NCBI RefSeq assembly: GCF_006345805.1
Contig: NC_042998.1
Location: 122,450,001 to 122,514,000, forward strand
DNA from: Octopus sinensis
Taxonomy: Eukaryota
DNA: 64,000 nt
Reading direction: 5' to 3'
Below are positions 37,261 to 49,936 of this stretch, one piece after another. The translations under genes were made by a program, and so were the position numbers. The notes beneath the pieces are model-generated. The model worked only from the letters and a program-made list of their open reading frames with translations, had not been told where the DNA came from and searched no databases. Position 1 is the first letter of the stretch; the number at the start of each line of letters is the position of its first letter.

Positions 37261-40200
37261 ATATGTATGTGTTTATCTTTTATATTTTACTTGTTTCAGT
37301 TATTAGACTGCGGCCATGCTGTGGCACTACCTTGAAGAATTTATAGTCGAACTTACCAACCCCAGTACTTATTTTAAATTTGTAAAGCCTGGTACTTATT
37401 CTGTCAGCCTTTTTTTCCCCGAACCACTAGGTTGCGGGGAAAAACCTAAGCTCTGTCGCTCTCCAAGTCTGTGGAACATGTTGTACCATCTTGGCGTTAA
37501 CGACTTGACCAAAAAAGTATAGATCGTTGTGCACAACTTTTCATCATTACAATAGAATTATTGCATGAGTGGTTCAATTGTTCATTTTATATTAATTACT
37601 ATTGCGTCTCATTGTAGACACAAGTGTTGAGTAAATTGACTGAACAGACGGAACCTCATATGTCAAAATCGACAAGTGAGAGAAGGAGAGGTAGAGAGAG
37701 TGAGTGGGAGAAAGAAAGTCATACATACATACATACGTACATACATACATACACGCATACATACATACATGCATACACACACACACACACACACATACAT
37801 ACATACATACACACACATTTTTTGAGAAACTAGACTTCTCAAAATCAGAAAGGAGAAAGCTGATTCGAAAATTACAGATCCAATCCATTACTGGAACTAA
37901 AAATCTGTAAAACTTTCCAGAAGTTTACTTTTTAACTATATACGAGCATGTGTAGATATGCAAGTACATGCATGAGAATACATACATACATACATACATA
38001 CATACATACAAAAGTACCCTGTTGTTGAAGTTGAAATTTCGAATGAAGGAGCCTTGGTCTAGGTTAGAAACCGGCACTTTCTCTATTGGTAAGAAATCTT
38101 GAAATAAAACGGAATAATCTCATACATTAATGCATACATACAGGCATACATATATTCTTGTTTCCATACATAACAATAATTACTGGTGTACTTGGTTTGC
38201 TTAGTAAATTCCTAAGTGACGGCCTGGAAAATCTGGAAAACTGCAAATATGAAACATTACTCAAGTGTAAGATGTTAATTTGTTTTTGTTATCTATATTC
38301 CAACGTGTGTTTGTTAGAAACCAACTCCTTCCTTATAGAAATACTTCAAATAACTAAAAATTGAAGAGAACATACATACATACAAACATGTTGGTTTCTA
38401 ATTTAAACACACATGCTAAAAATGAATGTTATTTGGTTTGTTATAGGTATCACGATCAAGGTACTGCTGGAGTTTTGCTAGGTGAACATGATGCAGATTT
38501 TACCTGTTTGGTATGTAGCCATACTGATGAAGTATATCTATATAAAACATATATGAATATATCACATTTGTGTGTATGAAAGATAGGATAGATTAAGAAG
38601 AGTAACAGCTGGGGCGAACTTTGGCTTTCATGCTTCTGGAGTTAATAAATTAAATCGTAGTAATATACTCTGAGTAGATTTAATCGTTGATATGATACTC
38701 TTCATTATGAAATTCTAGTTTTGTACTGATATATGAAATCATTGAATGTTCGTGTGTGTATTTACACACACACATACATGTGCGCGCGCACGCACACACA
38801 GAGTTGCTATTATTTGTATGTATGAATAGACTCTTGTATGTGTATATGCTTAACTCAAAGTGAATTGTGTGGATAGCCTTCAGATTAAATTTCTGTTAAT
38901 TTGGCCACTATTAAAGATAACGTCAACAATTCCCATTCACTCTCTGCACATTTCAGTGTATGAGGTCAATAGTAATTGGCCCTTTAGTAAATGAAAGGTT
39001 AAATGATTGACTAGTTGTTGCTGTTTATTAGACTCCTGTAACCTCTCTTTGAACAGACTTACGATCAAAGGAATTTCAACTGCAACAACTACGTTAGTTT
39101 GCTCAGCCACAGTATATCATAGACTACACTTTTAAGTACGTCGTTTTTTTTTTAAAGATGGTACGAGGGTAATTTTGGTTACTATTTCTTGTAATTCAAG
39201 CAATCAAGCCGAGGCTCCAACGTTATTGTTTAACCCAAGATTAACACTGGTTAAGTAGAGTCATGAGTAAAGGCATTCGAGTCATCCAGTATTTTGTTCA
39301 GAAATGATGTATCTAGGGCTATATCATCTAATGTATCTGTTGCTTAGTATGTATGCATGTGAAGCAGCGTGTGAATGATATAACAACACCAAGCAAACAT
39401 TTAATAGTAACTTTTATTTGACCGCATAAGTAATATCGAGATTGGTCATGAATTAGAAAGTTCCAAGACAGGTCGACACAATTGAAGGAATAAATCAGTA
39501 GTGTTCATAAATAGTTGATTACAAAAGCTCTATACTGAGATTTGTCAAGACAGGAAATATATTCTACAGTAGATTCATTTCGGTCAACTAAACCGACGTA
39601 TCCAAGCTGAGCAGATAGTCGTAGAAATGACTATTATAAACGGTAAGAGAGTATGTGTAGCAAGTCGGCAGATTATAACGCACTCTGAAAGTCGGCGCTA
39701 TCTATCACGCGAAGTCTGGCTGTTGATTGGCAAATAACTCGACCTCTCACTTGAACAAGGTTGTGCTATGTCATGACTTAAACTTCGTAATTTGCCGACT
39801 CGGTTTCGAGTCTTGTTACATGTCCTTCCACCGAATTACTGCTTGACTGGAAGGGAACTGATCACCCGCATGCAAAATCAGGCTGTAAATGAAGGAAATG
39901 TGACTAGAATTCCATCAAATCGAACGCCCACATAATGGATTCGCAAATGACTATTGCTATCAGAGTATGTAAGAGAATTAAGCATTTAAATTATTTGAAA
40001 TGTTATACAGTAGTATTATAACCTCAAAGGTTTCAGTATGTGTTGGTTTCTTTGATGTTTAAGACAAATATAATTAATCTTGTTTTAGTGTGGAGCAGGG
40101 AACTGATTGCCCGAAGGAAAATTTTCGCATGCGTTCAAATTTGAATCCGCCCACCAAGAAAGTTCTTTGACACCTACCTAAAAAAAAGTTTTAAGTTTAA

Positions 40201-40629
40201 GACTAAAAGAATAATTCAATTTAAGTTATTTTAAATACTCCATACAGCATAAAGAAATTGCTTTTAATAGTAATATTTGTCCTGTGATATTATTAATGAG
40301 TCGGAATACATATGGAGTAATGACGTAATAATCACTATTGCAACCAATTACTATTCAGCATTTGTTCTTCCTCTTTAATACCTCAAATTCTTATCGCTTG
40401 TGGGAATTTATTCTGTCTGATTAGGTATTGATGTCTGTGATAAGCAGTCAGTGTGAATTTAAATTTTGTCCAGGTTAGTTGTCGTCTATGTAATTGCAAA
40501 TTAAGTGCAATGATTTCGAATGCTGGCAACATTTATGGTTCAGTTGCCTATTTTAATTAAAGGTTTTAAATCAATATTGTAAAGGGCATAAAAGTAACCT
40601 CTTTTGTAATGGTTTTGATTTAAGAAAAG

Positions 40630-41950
40630 ACAAAATGGTAGCGGAGAAAATTCTTTGCTCAATAGAAAATGAGTGGATAATTGTTTTTTTTTTCCACAGA
40701 AATAAATGGAAAGTATATGTTTCAAATTTATAAAGATTCTGTTGTAGTTAAAAAAGCATGCAATATTGGACATGATTATTTGGCCAACCATAAAGAATAA
40801 AAAAACTGAAACGAGCTTTGCATTTAAACAAACTGACATTTCTAAAAGAAATTTTATGCAAACAGCAATCTACTTTTTTAAAAAGGAACCTATTAAGGAA
40901 AATTCTTCTGCAATGTGAGCACATCTAAAGCGAATTTCTTAAAGAGCGTATGATGCTATTGCACAAATTTTAACTCTAGAAAAGTTAAATTGAGTAGATT
41001 AGCTGTCAGGAGGATAATTTCTGAACGTATAAAAGACATGGCTAATGTTATTCAAGTTTTCTTGAAATTGAGTTTTATTCGATAGTTGCAAAGTGAGACA
41101 ACAGATATAATAAATCCGAGACAAGAGAAACAATTGGTTGGCAAATCAATGAATAGAAATTTACTTGCCTTAAATTCGATATATGAAACTACCAGAGAAG
41201 GTCTTTTTTTTCTGAAGTTAAATTGACAATAAATTATTTTGATTTAATCGTGGTGCAGTTATGGTCGGTGCTAAATCTAGAGTCGGATTTCAAAAAGGAC
41301 ATGCTTTAATCGAGAGAGAATTGGTGAATTGTCAGCCAGATTCTAATATCTTCAATAGTGTCATTTCTTTAGTCACCAATATAATTTTCGGTTTATTCTC
41401 CCTTAGAATAACAATGTAATGAAAATGATCACAAAATGCATTAAATCAATAAAAGACAGGAAATGAACATAGAATTTAAAGACATTTTGAAGGATCGCGA
41501 AATATGAATGTAAATTGCCAAAACAGAGAAAATATGTTCAAGCAATTCTAAGAACTGTCAGATGAAATTGCTCTGTATGATGTTAAAGGCGTTCACATTG
41601 TGGAATCAAAGACAACACATGTTTATATGAATTTGGCAGTTTTACTAATATCACTAACCAGATAAATGATTCATGTTTGAAATTATAAGGGTCAAATCTG
41701 TGTCTCAGGACCACTGATTCAATCCTTGTATCAACACCAAAAACTTTGAGTCAATGCTGTGATAGTTTGTAACTCACCTGAAAACATTCGAACATTGAGA
41801 CGTTACATTTTCCAGCACTCGTTGAAAGAACAGAAAACAGAATCGATGTTGGAATATTTTTTCACTAGTTTCAATCATAAGATTATGACTGACCATAACT
41901 GAGCCTGTTCCTTTCTGCCTGGAACTTATTTTATCGGTGTATATTTATTG
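40630..41950 (+). pseudogene. Decayed hAT transposase, GTF2IRD2/Charlie-like
   Basis: Fragments ENEW..FFSTEINGKYMFQIYKDSVVVKKACNIGHDYLANHK, ISERIKDMANVIQ, SETTDI and GAVMVGAKS, with many stops and shifts. Confidence 0.65.
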
Positions 41951-43528
41951 GATCACTAATTTATGCAGTTTGATGCCACATCGGCAAACATAAACGCTCG
42001 CACATCTAACTATCCGTCCGCCCACTCATTCCATGTGATAGATCCCTCAACCTACCGAAGTGAGAAGACATGCCTTAGCAATCGATATAACGCTTGTATC
42101 ATTTTAACAGTATTTCTTTAACGTTTTTCAATACGGTCAACGTGTTTCCGTGTTCAAAAAGAATAACAAAACCTGTTATAATGTTCGATGAATAAATCTG
42201 GCATTGGAAACAAAACTTTGTACCCCATTTCTTCTTATTGCTCTAAGCAAGTTTAAGGGTTAATCCGAACCTATAAATGAAATATATATACTTTTAAGAA
42301 ATCATGCATTAGAAATTGCAACACTGCTTTCTACTGTGTTAACGAAATGAATTGATTTTCTCGTCATAAAAAGTAGTCAAGAGCCACCTGCGTTGCTTGG
42401 ATTAAAGAGATAGCAACAACAGCCGTGACAGCAATGAACACAACGACGAAAATAATAACAGCGTCATTAACATCGTCGTTATAATATTCTCGATGTCATC
42501 TCATCGAGAATATTATAAAGTCGCTCTATCTCTTAGAAATAGCAGCAGAATAACTTTCAAAGAACACCTTCCATGAAGACTTAGTAAAACACGCGTTGGA
42601 TAACGTGGATGGGATTCCTATCTAGTTGTTTGACTTGTAATAAACAACAGATAAATCTCTCTCGTATAACATTATAGCGTCTTAAATATGGAAATTTTCT
42701 TCCCATATTTATGTAATGTAGATCTTTCAAGTCACTCTTACGAAAGCGGGCTGATCAAGGTCAGAATAAGTTTGAACATAGGTTTCCTCGATTAGGGTTG
42801 TGTTGGGGTTTAGAATCATCATCATCATCATCATTAACAAATAATAACATTAACAAGGTGCCAGCAATGGGGTCTCTACGTGGTTGTTTGACGTGCTAGA
42901 AATAGCCACCAAATTTCCCTCATATCATACCTTATCTCTTTGGAAAATATGTCTGTGTATAAAGTGATTCTGCGCTCACTGTACTTTGGAAAAAGGCGGG
43001 AACAGTCAGATCTAGAACACCGTTGATCACAGTTCTGTTTTATCAGAGCTAGCCTATAATTACGCGACAGTATCAACACAGCGGCAGCAAAATGGAAGCT
43101 GCAGTTACAAAAATAACAACGATGGGAACGAGTTGAAGAGTAATAAAAGACAATTGAAATTGTCACTGAAACCTATTCCACGCAAAGTCGTGGTTGTACA
43201 GATTTTGCTGATCACGAGGTGATATTTTTTCCCGTGAAGTTGTGATTAGTCAAATTTGATCGTGTGGAAAATATTCTAGCGAATCATGACATCAGGTGAT
43301 TGCTGATTATTCCAGCTGCAACAGTTAGCTGTTCAAGAATTTGGACCTGGAGATCACCATTTCCAGCGACTTCGAGGGCCACCTCCCAGCGGTGTCGGGC
43401 GTCAACGAAGAACCCTCGACTACAACAAGACGACCAAAGATTTCTTTTTCCAAGGTCTGGGGTCTCCCGCCCCTAAGCCCTAGACCATCACCTAATCACC
43501 CTTACCTGTCTTGTTGCTTAACAACAAC

Positions 43529-44347
43529 GGATCTTTTCCTTTTGAACGGCACTTTTCAACACAATTTCTAGTTAACTAAGCACTTTTAAACTTCGTATAC
43601 TGGTAGAATGTGTCTATAAAACATCATTTTTTCTTGGCTTTATTGAGAAAATTCTATAAGTTGTAAGATATTTCGTCTGAAATTTCGAGCATTTCGGCAA
43701 TTTTAACCAATCGCTGGAGTCCATTTAGGTAAACAACATTCCGTGCTGTATGAATATGTCTCTCCTTTACGAAACAGATTGGGTTTATTTACATTTGTGA
43801 AGAAAAAGATACTCTTCTCCGCCCCTAACCCTAACTCTAACCCTAACCTTAACTCTCACCCTAAATCTAAAATAGATTGAAATGCAATAGATCGATACTA
43901 GGGTTATAATTATGGGTGACAATTTCATACAACACCGCTACGGAAAATGGGATTCTTTTCTAGGTGCCAAATGAAAATGTCACCCATAATTATGGCCCTA
44001 GTATCGATCTATTGCATTTCAATCTATTTTAGATTCAGGGTTAGGGTTAGGGGTAGAGGAAGGGTATCTTTTTTTCTTCACAAATGTAAATAAACCCAAT
44101 CTGTTTCGTAAAGGAGAGACATATTCATACTGCACGGAATGTTGTTTACCTAAATGGACTCCAGCGATTGGTTAAGATTGCCGAAATGCTCGAAATTTCA
44201 GACGAAATATCTTACAGCTTATAGAATTTTCTCAATAAAGCCAAGAAAAAATTGTTTTATAAACACATTCTACCAGTATACGAAGTTTAAAAGTGTTTAG
44301 TTAACTAGAAATTATGTTTCAAAGTGCCGTTCAAAAGGAAAAGATCC
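43529..44347. mobile_element. Foldback/MITE-like palindromic DNA element with internal telomeric repeats
   Basis: ~400-bp arms (43529-43928 and 43971-44347) around a 42-bp spacer, with GGATC...GATCC termini. acaacaac flanks both sides (43521-43528, 44348-44355). Confidence 0.85.
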
Positions 44348-45138
44348 ACAACAACAGCAGCAGCAACAACAACAGCTGCAACAGTATTGCGGCAGAAGCA
44401 ATAACTACAATAGCAACACTAATGTCAACTAAAATTACGGAGAACAGAAAGGCCACAACGAGCTTGCTAGACGCACAAGAAATAGGAGCAATACCGAAAA
44501 AAAAAGGAAGGGTACATTTAGTGCATATGCATGTGAATAGAAATACGACGTAGAAGTGCAAGGAAGGAGCGATGCATTTGATCGTAGGTCACATTTGACC
44601 TTCCGAACAAACACAAAAACAGTTAAAGTTCATCACAGTCATCAACGATATAAACAGCACCTCTAACAGTTAGATTAGCAAAAACTACAACTATAAAAGT
44701 GATATTAGCCAAAATTCAAGAAATATGGCTACTAGAAACAATAACAGGTGTTGCGTCGACGAACAGAAGAAATAAGAATAACAACAGTAGTGAAAAATGA
44801 AAAAAAAAGAACAATACAACCGACATCAAAACTAACAACAACTATAATACAAGTCACAAATAGTTGAATCACTGAGAGAAAGTACAATGGCAATATGTCC
44901 GTTACTCTCTAAATGTTTTATTTACGTGTTTGTTATAATGTACTGTTTATAACTTACTGTGGTTTTGGTTTACATCTGTTGAAGACACAGGATTATGAGA
45001 GGAAGAAAAGATGGAAAGATGGAAGATAACCATCTATATTCACGTATATACACTCTCATTTACATACACTTGTCTGCACATTAGTATACTCGTACACAAA
45101 CTCCTGTGTTCACATTGCCTATACATACATTTAATATA

Positions 45139-45181
<43 letters not shown>

Positions 45182-45302
45182 TCGCAAGATAATGGTTGGT
45201 GATGGAGGACTCATGTTAACTGAGAAAACATACACGTTGTAGATGTCCTATTGTATTCAAGTTTGAGTGTGACTGTTGTTTAATCAAAAGAAATATATAT
45301 AT

Positions 45303-46395
45303 ATATTGTTATATTTCGGAATGGTCATATTGCCAGTTTAGCCAATAAAAACACACGCACTATATATTTGGTGTTATTTTGCTTCAGTGATATTTATTTT
45401 TTACATTAATCTTAATCTTATTTCGGCCAGAGTTCTTTCGTCACACTCCTGTGACCGCATCAGTGGTCCTTTGTTTTCTTCTTTCGTATTTGTGTCTCTC
45501 CTTACTAACCGTCAGCCATTTTGTATTTCTATTGTATGTCTTCATTTGCGCATGCTTATATCTCTATGTGCATCTGTTTATTTAGTGTGTGTGTGTGGGG
45601 GATGCCTGTAATATTTGTATCTTCTGTTTATATACATTCATGTAATTTGTATTTTGTTTTTGTTGTTGTTGCTTTTGTTCTAATTTTGTTCATGTGTTTA
45701 CATCCACCCAATATTATCATTACATATGCTTGTATGTATGTATGTATAACAACAATATTAGTAATAATAAAAATAAATCTAATCGAAAAAAAAAGAAAAT
45801 TTAATCGAAAAAAAAAATATATATACACATATATATACACATATATATATGTGTATATATATATATGTGTATATATATATATATTTTTTTTTTTCGATTA
45901 GATTTTCTTTTTTTTTCGATTAGATTTATTTTTATTATTACTAATATTGTTGTTATACATACATACAAGCATATGTAATGATAATATTGGGTGGATGTAA
46001 ACACATGAACAAAATTAGAACAAAAGCAACAACAACAAAAACAAAATACAAATTACATGAATGTATATAAACAGAAGATACAAATATTACAGGCATCCCC
46101 CCCACACACACTAAATAAACATAGACGCACATAGAGATATAAGCATGCTCAAATGAAGACATACAATAGAAATACAAAATGGCTGACGGTTAGTAAGGAG
46201 AGACACAAATACGAAAGAAGAAAACAAAGGACCACTGATGCGGTCACAGGAGTGTGACGAAAGAACTCTGGCCGAAATAAGATTAAGATTAATGTAAAAA
46301 ATAAATATCACTGAAGCAAAATAACACCAAATATATAGTGCGTGTGTTTTTATTGGCTAAACTGGCAATATGACCATTCCGAAATATAACAATAT
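45303..46395. mobile_element. Long inverted duplication (~515-bp arms) of a Penelope-like repeat around a (TA)n spacer
   Basis: 45303-~45820 is nearly the reverse complement of ~45882-46395; each arm holds a hammerhead-like motif. Confidence 0.8.
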
Positions 46396-46449
46396 CTGTT
46401 TCAACACACGACTTCACGTAAAAAATCTTGCACAACAAGTATTTAAACG

Positions 46450-46517
<68 letters not shown>

Positions 46518-46793
46518 GTACTTACTAAATTATAATGTAAGCAGCTAGGGACTCATGAGACATTTATATCGTTAGCATAAACCTCGGGCATCAACATCAC
46601 ATTGTGCTTCCGTTTACTCAGTTTCTCTCATAAGACTTGAAGTTGACCGGAGGCCATAGAATTAAAGGGATTTCAGAGATATGACAAATGACTAAGTGAC
46701 TAAGGTGAAACGGATTTGAAAAAGCAGTTTAATAGGTACAAACTATGTTTTTTAAAAATTCAAGACGTGGGCTTTACAACCAGTAAAACTGCA

Positions 46794-46889
<96 letters not shown>

Positions 46890-47524
46890 CCGTTCTATCT
46901 ATAGCTAGAAGTACTTCACAGATGGCGATTTTATATTTTTGTTAATACATTGCTACACATGTTTCGGCATGACGTGTGTTTTTATGAGACCACCTCACCA
47001 TATCCATAGGATATCATTAAATATTATTTATAATATCCATAGACTCTATGGATCCCATTAATTCAACATGCATATTTCCTCAGGTAATTTTTGCATTAGT
47101 TTACGTTTGTATACTTATATGCATGTATGCGCATGTATTATGCATCAATGTGTGTATATATTCACATATACTTGCTTCTGAACGTATATATGTATATACA
47201 TCTGGATGTATGTGTGTAGTCATCTACATGTGCGGTTGCAAACGCACACTCACACTTTCTCATACACACATACTCTTTTTTCTTAATATTTAACAGAAAC
47301 AACAGAATGACTCAAAGGTTGAGAGCTTCGTGTGCTGGCACTTATCAAGCTAGTTACAACTCGAAGGGCTGTAAAATTTATATACTGGTGATAATAGTAT
47401 TTATATATGTATATTCACTCAAATATGAGTACGCGAAGGTGTATGTATATATGCGTATTTAAGAGCACTTATGCACCTATGTTTATATACTCTTGTTTCG
47501 CTTTACGTAGATATATTTATGCAT

Positions 47525-48378
47525 GTGCATATATAGATTATAAACAATGAAAGGCCGGTTTTGGTGATTCATTTGACAGAGGTAGTAGAGAACCAATTCG
47601 ATGATAAACCTGACCTTGGATCTTGAAAGTTTTCATGAAACCTGGCTCAGTTAAATCTCTTGTGGCTCCAAATGATGTCAACTGTAGTGCAGCGTTGTAT
47701 TGTCTAATTTTGTTTTGGAAATGCTTGGTCAGTTGATGACAACAGTTTTGTTCAATTGCAGGGAGTTTAACCTTTCCACCACTGTAGCACAGTGCAGGTG
47801 ACTTTCCAGTCCACTTCCTTGCGTTATAATGTATGCACTCAGCTGTCATTGCACCAATGGAAACTCTAGTGTCATCTGCATAATGAACTACAGGAGCAAA
47901 ATTGAAAGCTGCTTCATAGAAGTTACTTCTCTGAGCTGTTGCAACTTCTCTTCGTACTGCAGTGGAGATCCTATTCCTTGTCAGCCGTGCATACCTCTGT
48001 TCATTAGTTTGTGATGTTCTGGCTTTTGTAGTGCACAGTTTGTTCGTCTCTTGGTATGCGTCCCTTTTTGCAGCTGTCTCTCTTTCCCTGGACAGAGACA
48101 TTCTTTTGGCTGACCTTGACATTGTAGACAAATTTGACACTTTCCTTCCAGGCATGGTTATATAGGTATACAAAAATACACGGGTGCTGTAGACAGTAAC
48201 AATGAAAATAACTGGGTAAACGAAATTATATTTCTTAATACGACGGCAGAAAGTAAATAAGAAATTTTTACGGAAAATAAGTGAAATTTGTGATTGAACC
48301 AAAGACCCAGTATCGAAGGAACCAGATAGAGAGATATAGATAGACAGCGATAGAGAGGTATAGATAGAGAGATATAGA
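47525..48378 (-). mobile_element. Helitron 5' fragment (Rep/Hel N-terminus)
   Basis: ORF 47538-48302 reads IGAMTAEC..YNARKW...LCYSGGKVKLP...IRQYNAALQLTSFGA...TFKIQGQVYHRIGSLLP. A putative A|TC 5' end lies at 48378. Confidence 0.9.
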
Positions 48379-48479
48379 TGTCACTGACACTAGAAAACCG
48401 AAAGTAAATATGTTTAAAAACCTTCAAGGACGTGAATCTAATATTAAAAGTAATATTAAATTTTTCTTATGACCAATGG

Positions 48480-49432
48480 ATGTAAGGGAGGCAATCAATT
48501 TCTGAACGTTACTTCGTAAACAGTTACCTCTGTACTCCACGTAAGCCAGGAACGGGTGTTTTCTGCCCCTAGGGAGCCCGTTACTCATTATGTGAAATCT
48601 TTTAAGAGTCTAAAACCACCCCTGGAACCCTGGAACACAAATAATGTATGCTCCCAGTTTGGAGGAATTACAACCGTGTTTCGTGGTCAGCTAGCACAAC
48701 AGCTCCTTTATAGGATCCAGTTAGCTCAAGATATCATCAGGAGGAACCACGTCCGGTTTCGGCCCCTACTCCTCTACCGTTTTGACGTAACGCGCCCCCC
48801 CCTTTCGGGGGTGTCTTCAGCTCTGGTGTTGGGTGCATGTCTTCTTTCTTCTTTATTCTGTTCCCTGGCCATTCGGTGTAGCGTCAACAAGTGTCAGCCG
48901 GCGACTGCCTGACTTGTCAAATTTTCCTTTTAAATACCTGCTAGTCTCCAGCAGGTAGCCCCAGCAAGTTGTCACGTGACACTGTCTCAACTTTAACTGA
49001 TCAATGAAGGCGCGTAGTCTTAGCCCACGCATTCTCTAAACGACCGTCACCTGTCAGTCAGCGAAGCTAATTCAGTGTCAGCTTGTCTCACCTAGTGATG
49101 CTATTTCCCGCCGGCATGTTATGACTTTCAAGCCATTTTTGGTCTTCCCGCTTCAGCCATATATAGAAGCTGGCTTTTTCAACCGCCTCCTGTACTCTCC
49201 TTATTAGTTTTCGCAGCTCGGAGCTAGAAAAAACAAATCTTCTTTTGAATAGCGTTGTCATTTTCCTTTCAATGAAGACTCTAGCCCCCACTGCCAGGTG
49301 GTAATACTCGACATTCCATCCCTGTTCTCTGCACTCTTCGATTAGTTTTTCGTACCTCTTCTCCTCTCGTTCCTCTGCATTGCCGATGTTCTCTTTCCAG
49401 TCAGTTGAAAATACACCGTTATAATCTTTTAT
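48480..49432 (-). mobile_element. 3' end of an R2-superfamily (HERO/NeSL-like) LINE: restriction-like endonuclease C-terminus + 3' UTR
   Basis: WKENIGNAEEREEKRYEKLIEECREQGW...AVGARVF...VEKASFYIWLKRE. Confidence 0.8.
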
Positions 49433-49451
49433 ACACACACAGAGACAGAAC

Positions 49452-49502
<51 letters not shown>

Positions 49503-49544
49503 ACTGTTTTGTCTGGGGAGAGTCATTTCTTTTAGTGCCTTATA

Positions 49545-49622
49545 AATCCAGCGTTATACTAATATATCTATTCGTTTTGTATACCACCTGTCTTCGTCTT
49601 TTGTTTTTTTCGTAAACTCTCC

Positions 49623-49666
<44 letters not shown>

Positions 49667-49870
49667 CGGGAAAGTTTACAAAATAAACAAAAGACGAAGG
49701 CAGGTGGAGTACAAACAAACAAATGTATTAGTATACGCTCAGGAATAGAAATAGAAAAAGTCTTTTACGTTTCGAGCCTACGCTCTTCGACAGAAAGATA
49801 CACAGAAAAAAACAAAGAGAGAAAAAAAATGCGTGTAGGGGCTAACGATCTATCATGGCGTCCTGACTTC
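49545..49870. mobile_element. Penelope-like repeat with a partial inverted copy across (TA)n
   Basis: 49548-49625 is a diverged reverse complement of 49664-49745; hammerhead motif at 49761-49798. Confidence 0.65.
49761..49798 (-). ncRNA. Minimal type I hammerhead-ribozyme motif with one core deviation
   Basis: TCTTT-CTGTCGA-A-GAGC-gtag-GCTC-GAAA-CG-TA-AAAGA: 5-bp stem I, 4-bp stem II, palindromic stem III, GUA triplet, A6U. Confidence 0.55.
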
Positions 49871-49872
49871 TG

Positions 49873-49936
<64 letters not shown>

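Noticed and set aside
43823-44055. True telomere or chromosome fusion scar
   Set aside because: The repeats are short, degenerate and embedded symmetrically inside a palindromic element.
48791-48820. CTGAAGA followed by a GC hairpin (minus strand) as a hammerhead
   Set aside because: There is no GAAA core after the stem; it is only a GAAA-loop hairpin in the LINE 3' UTR.
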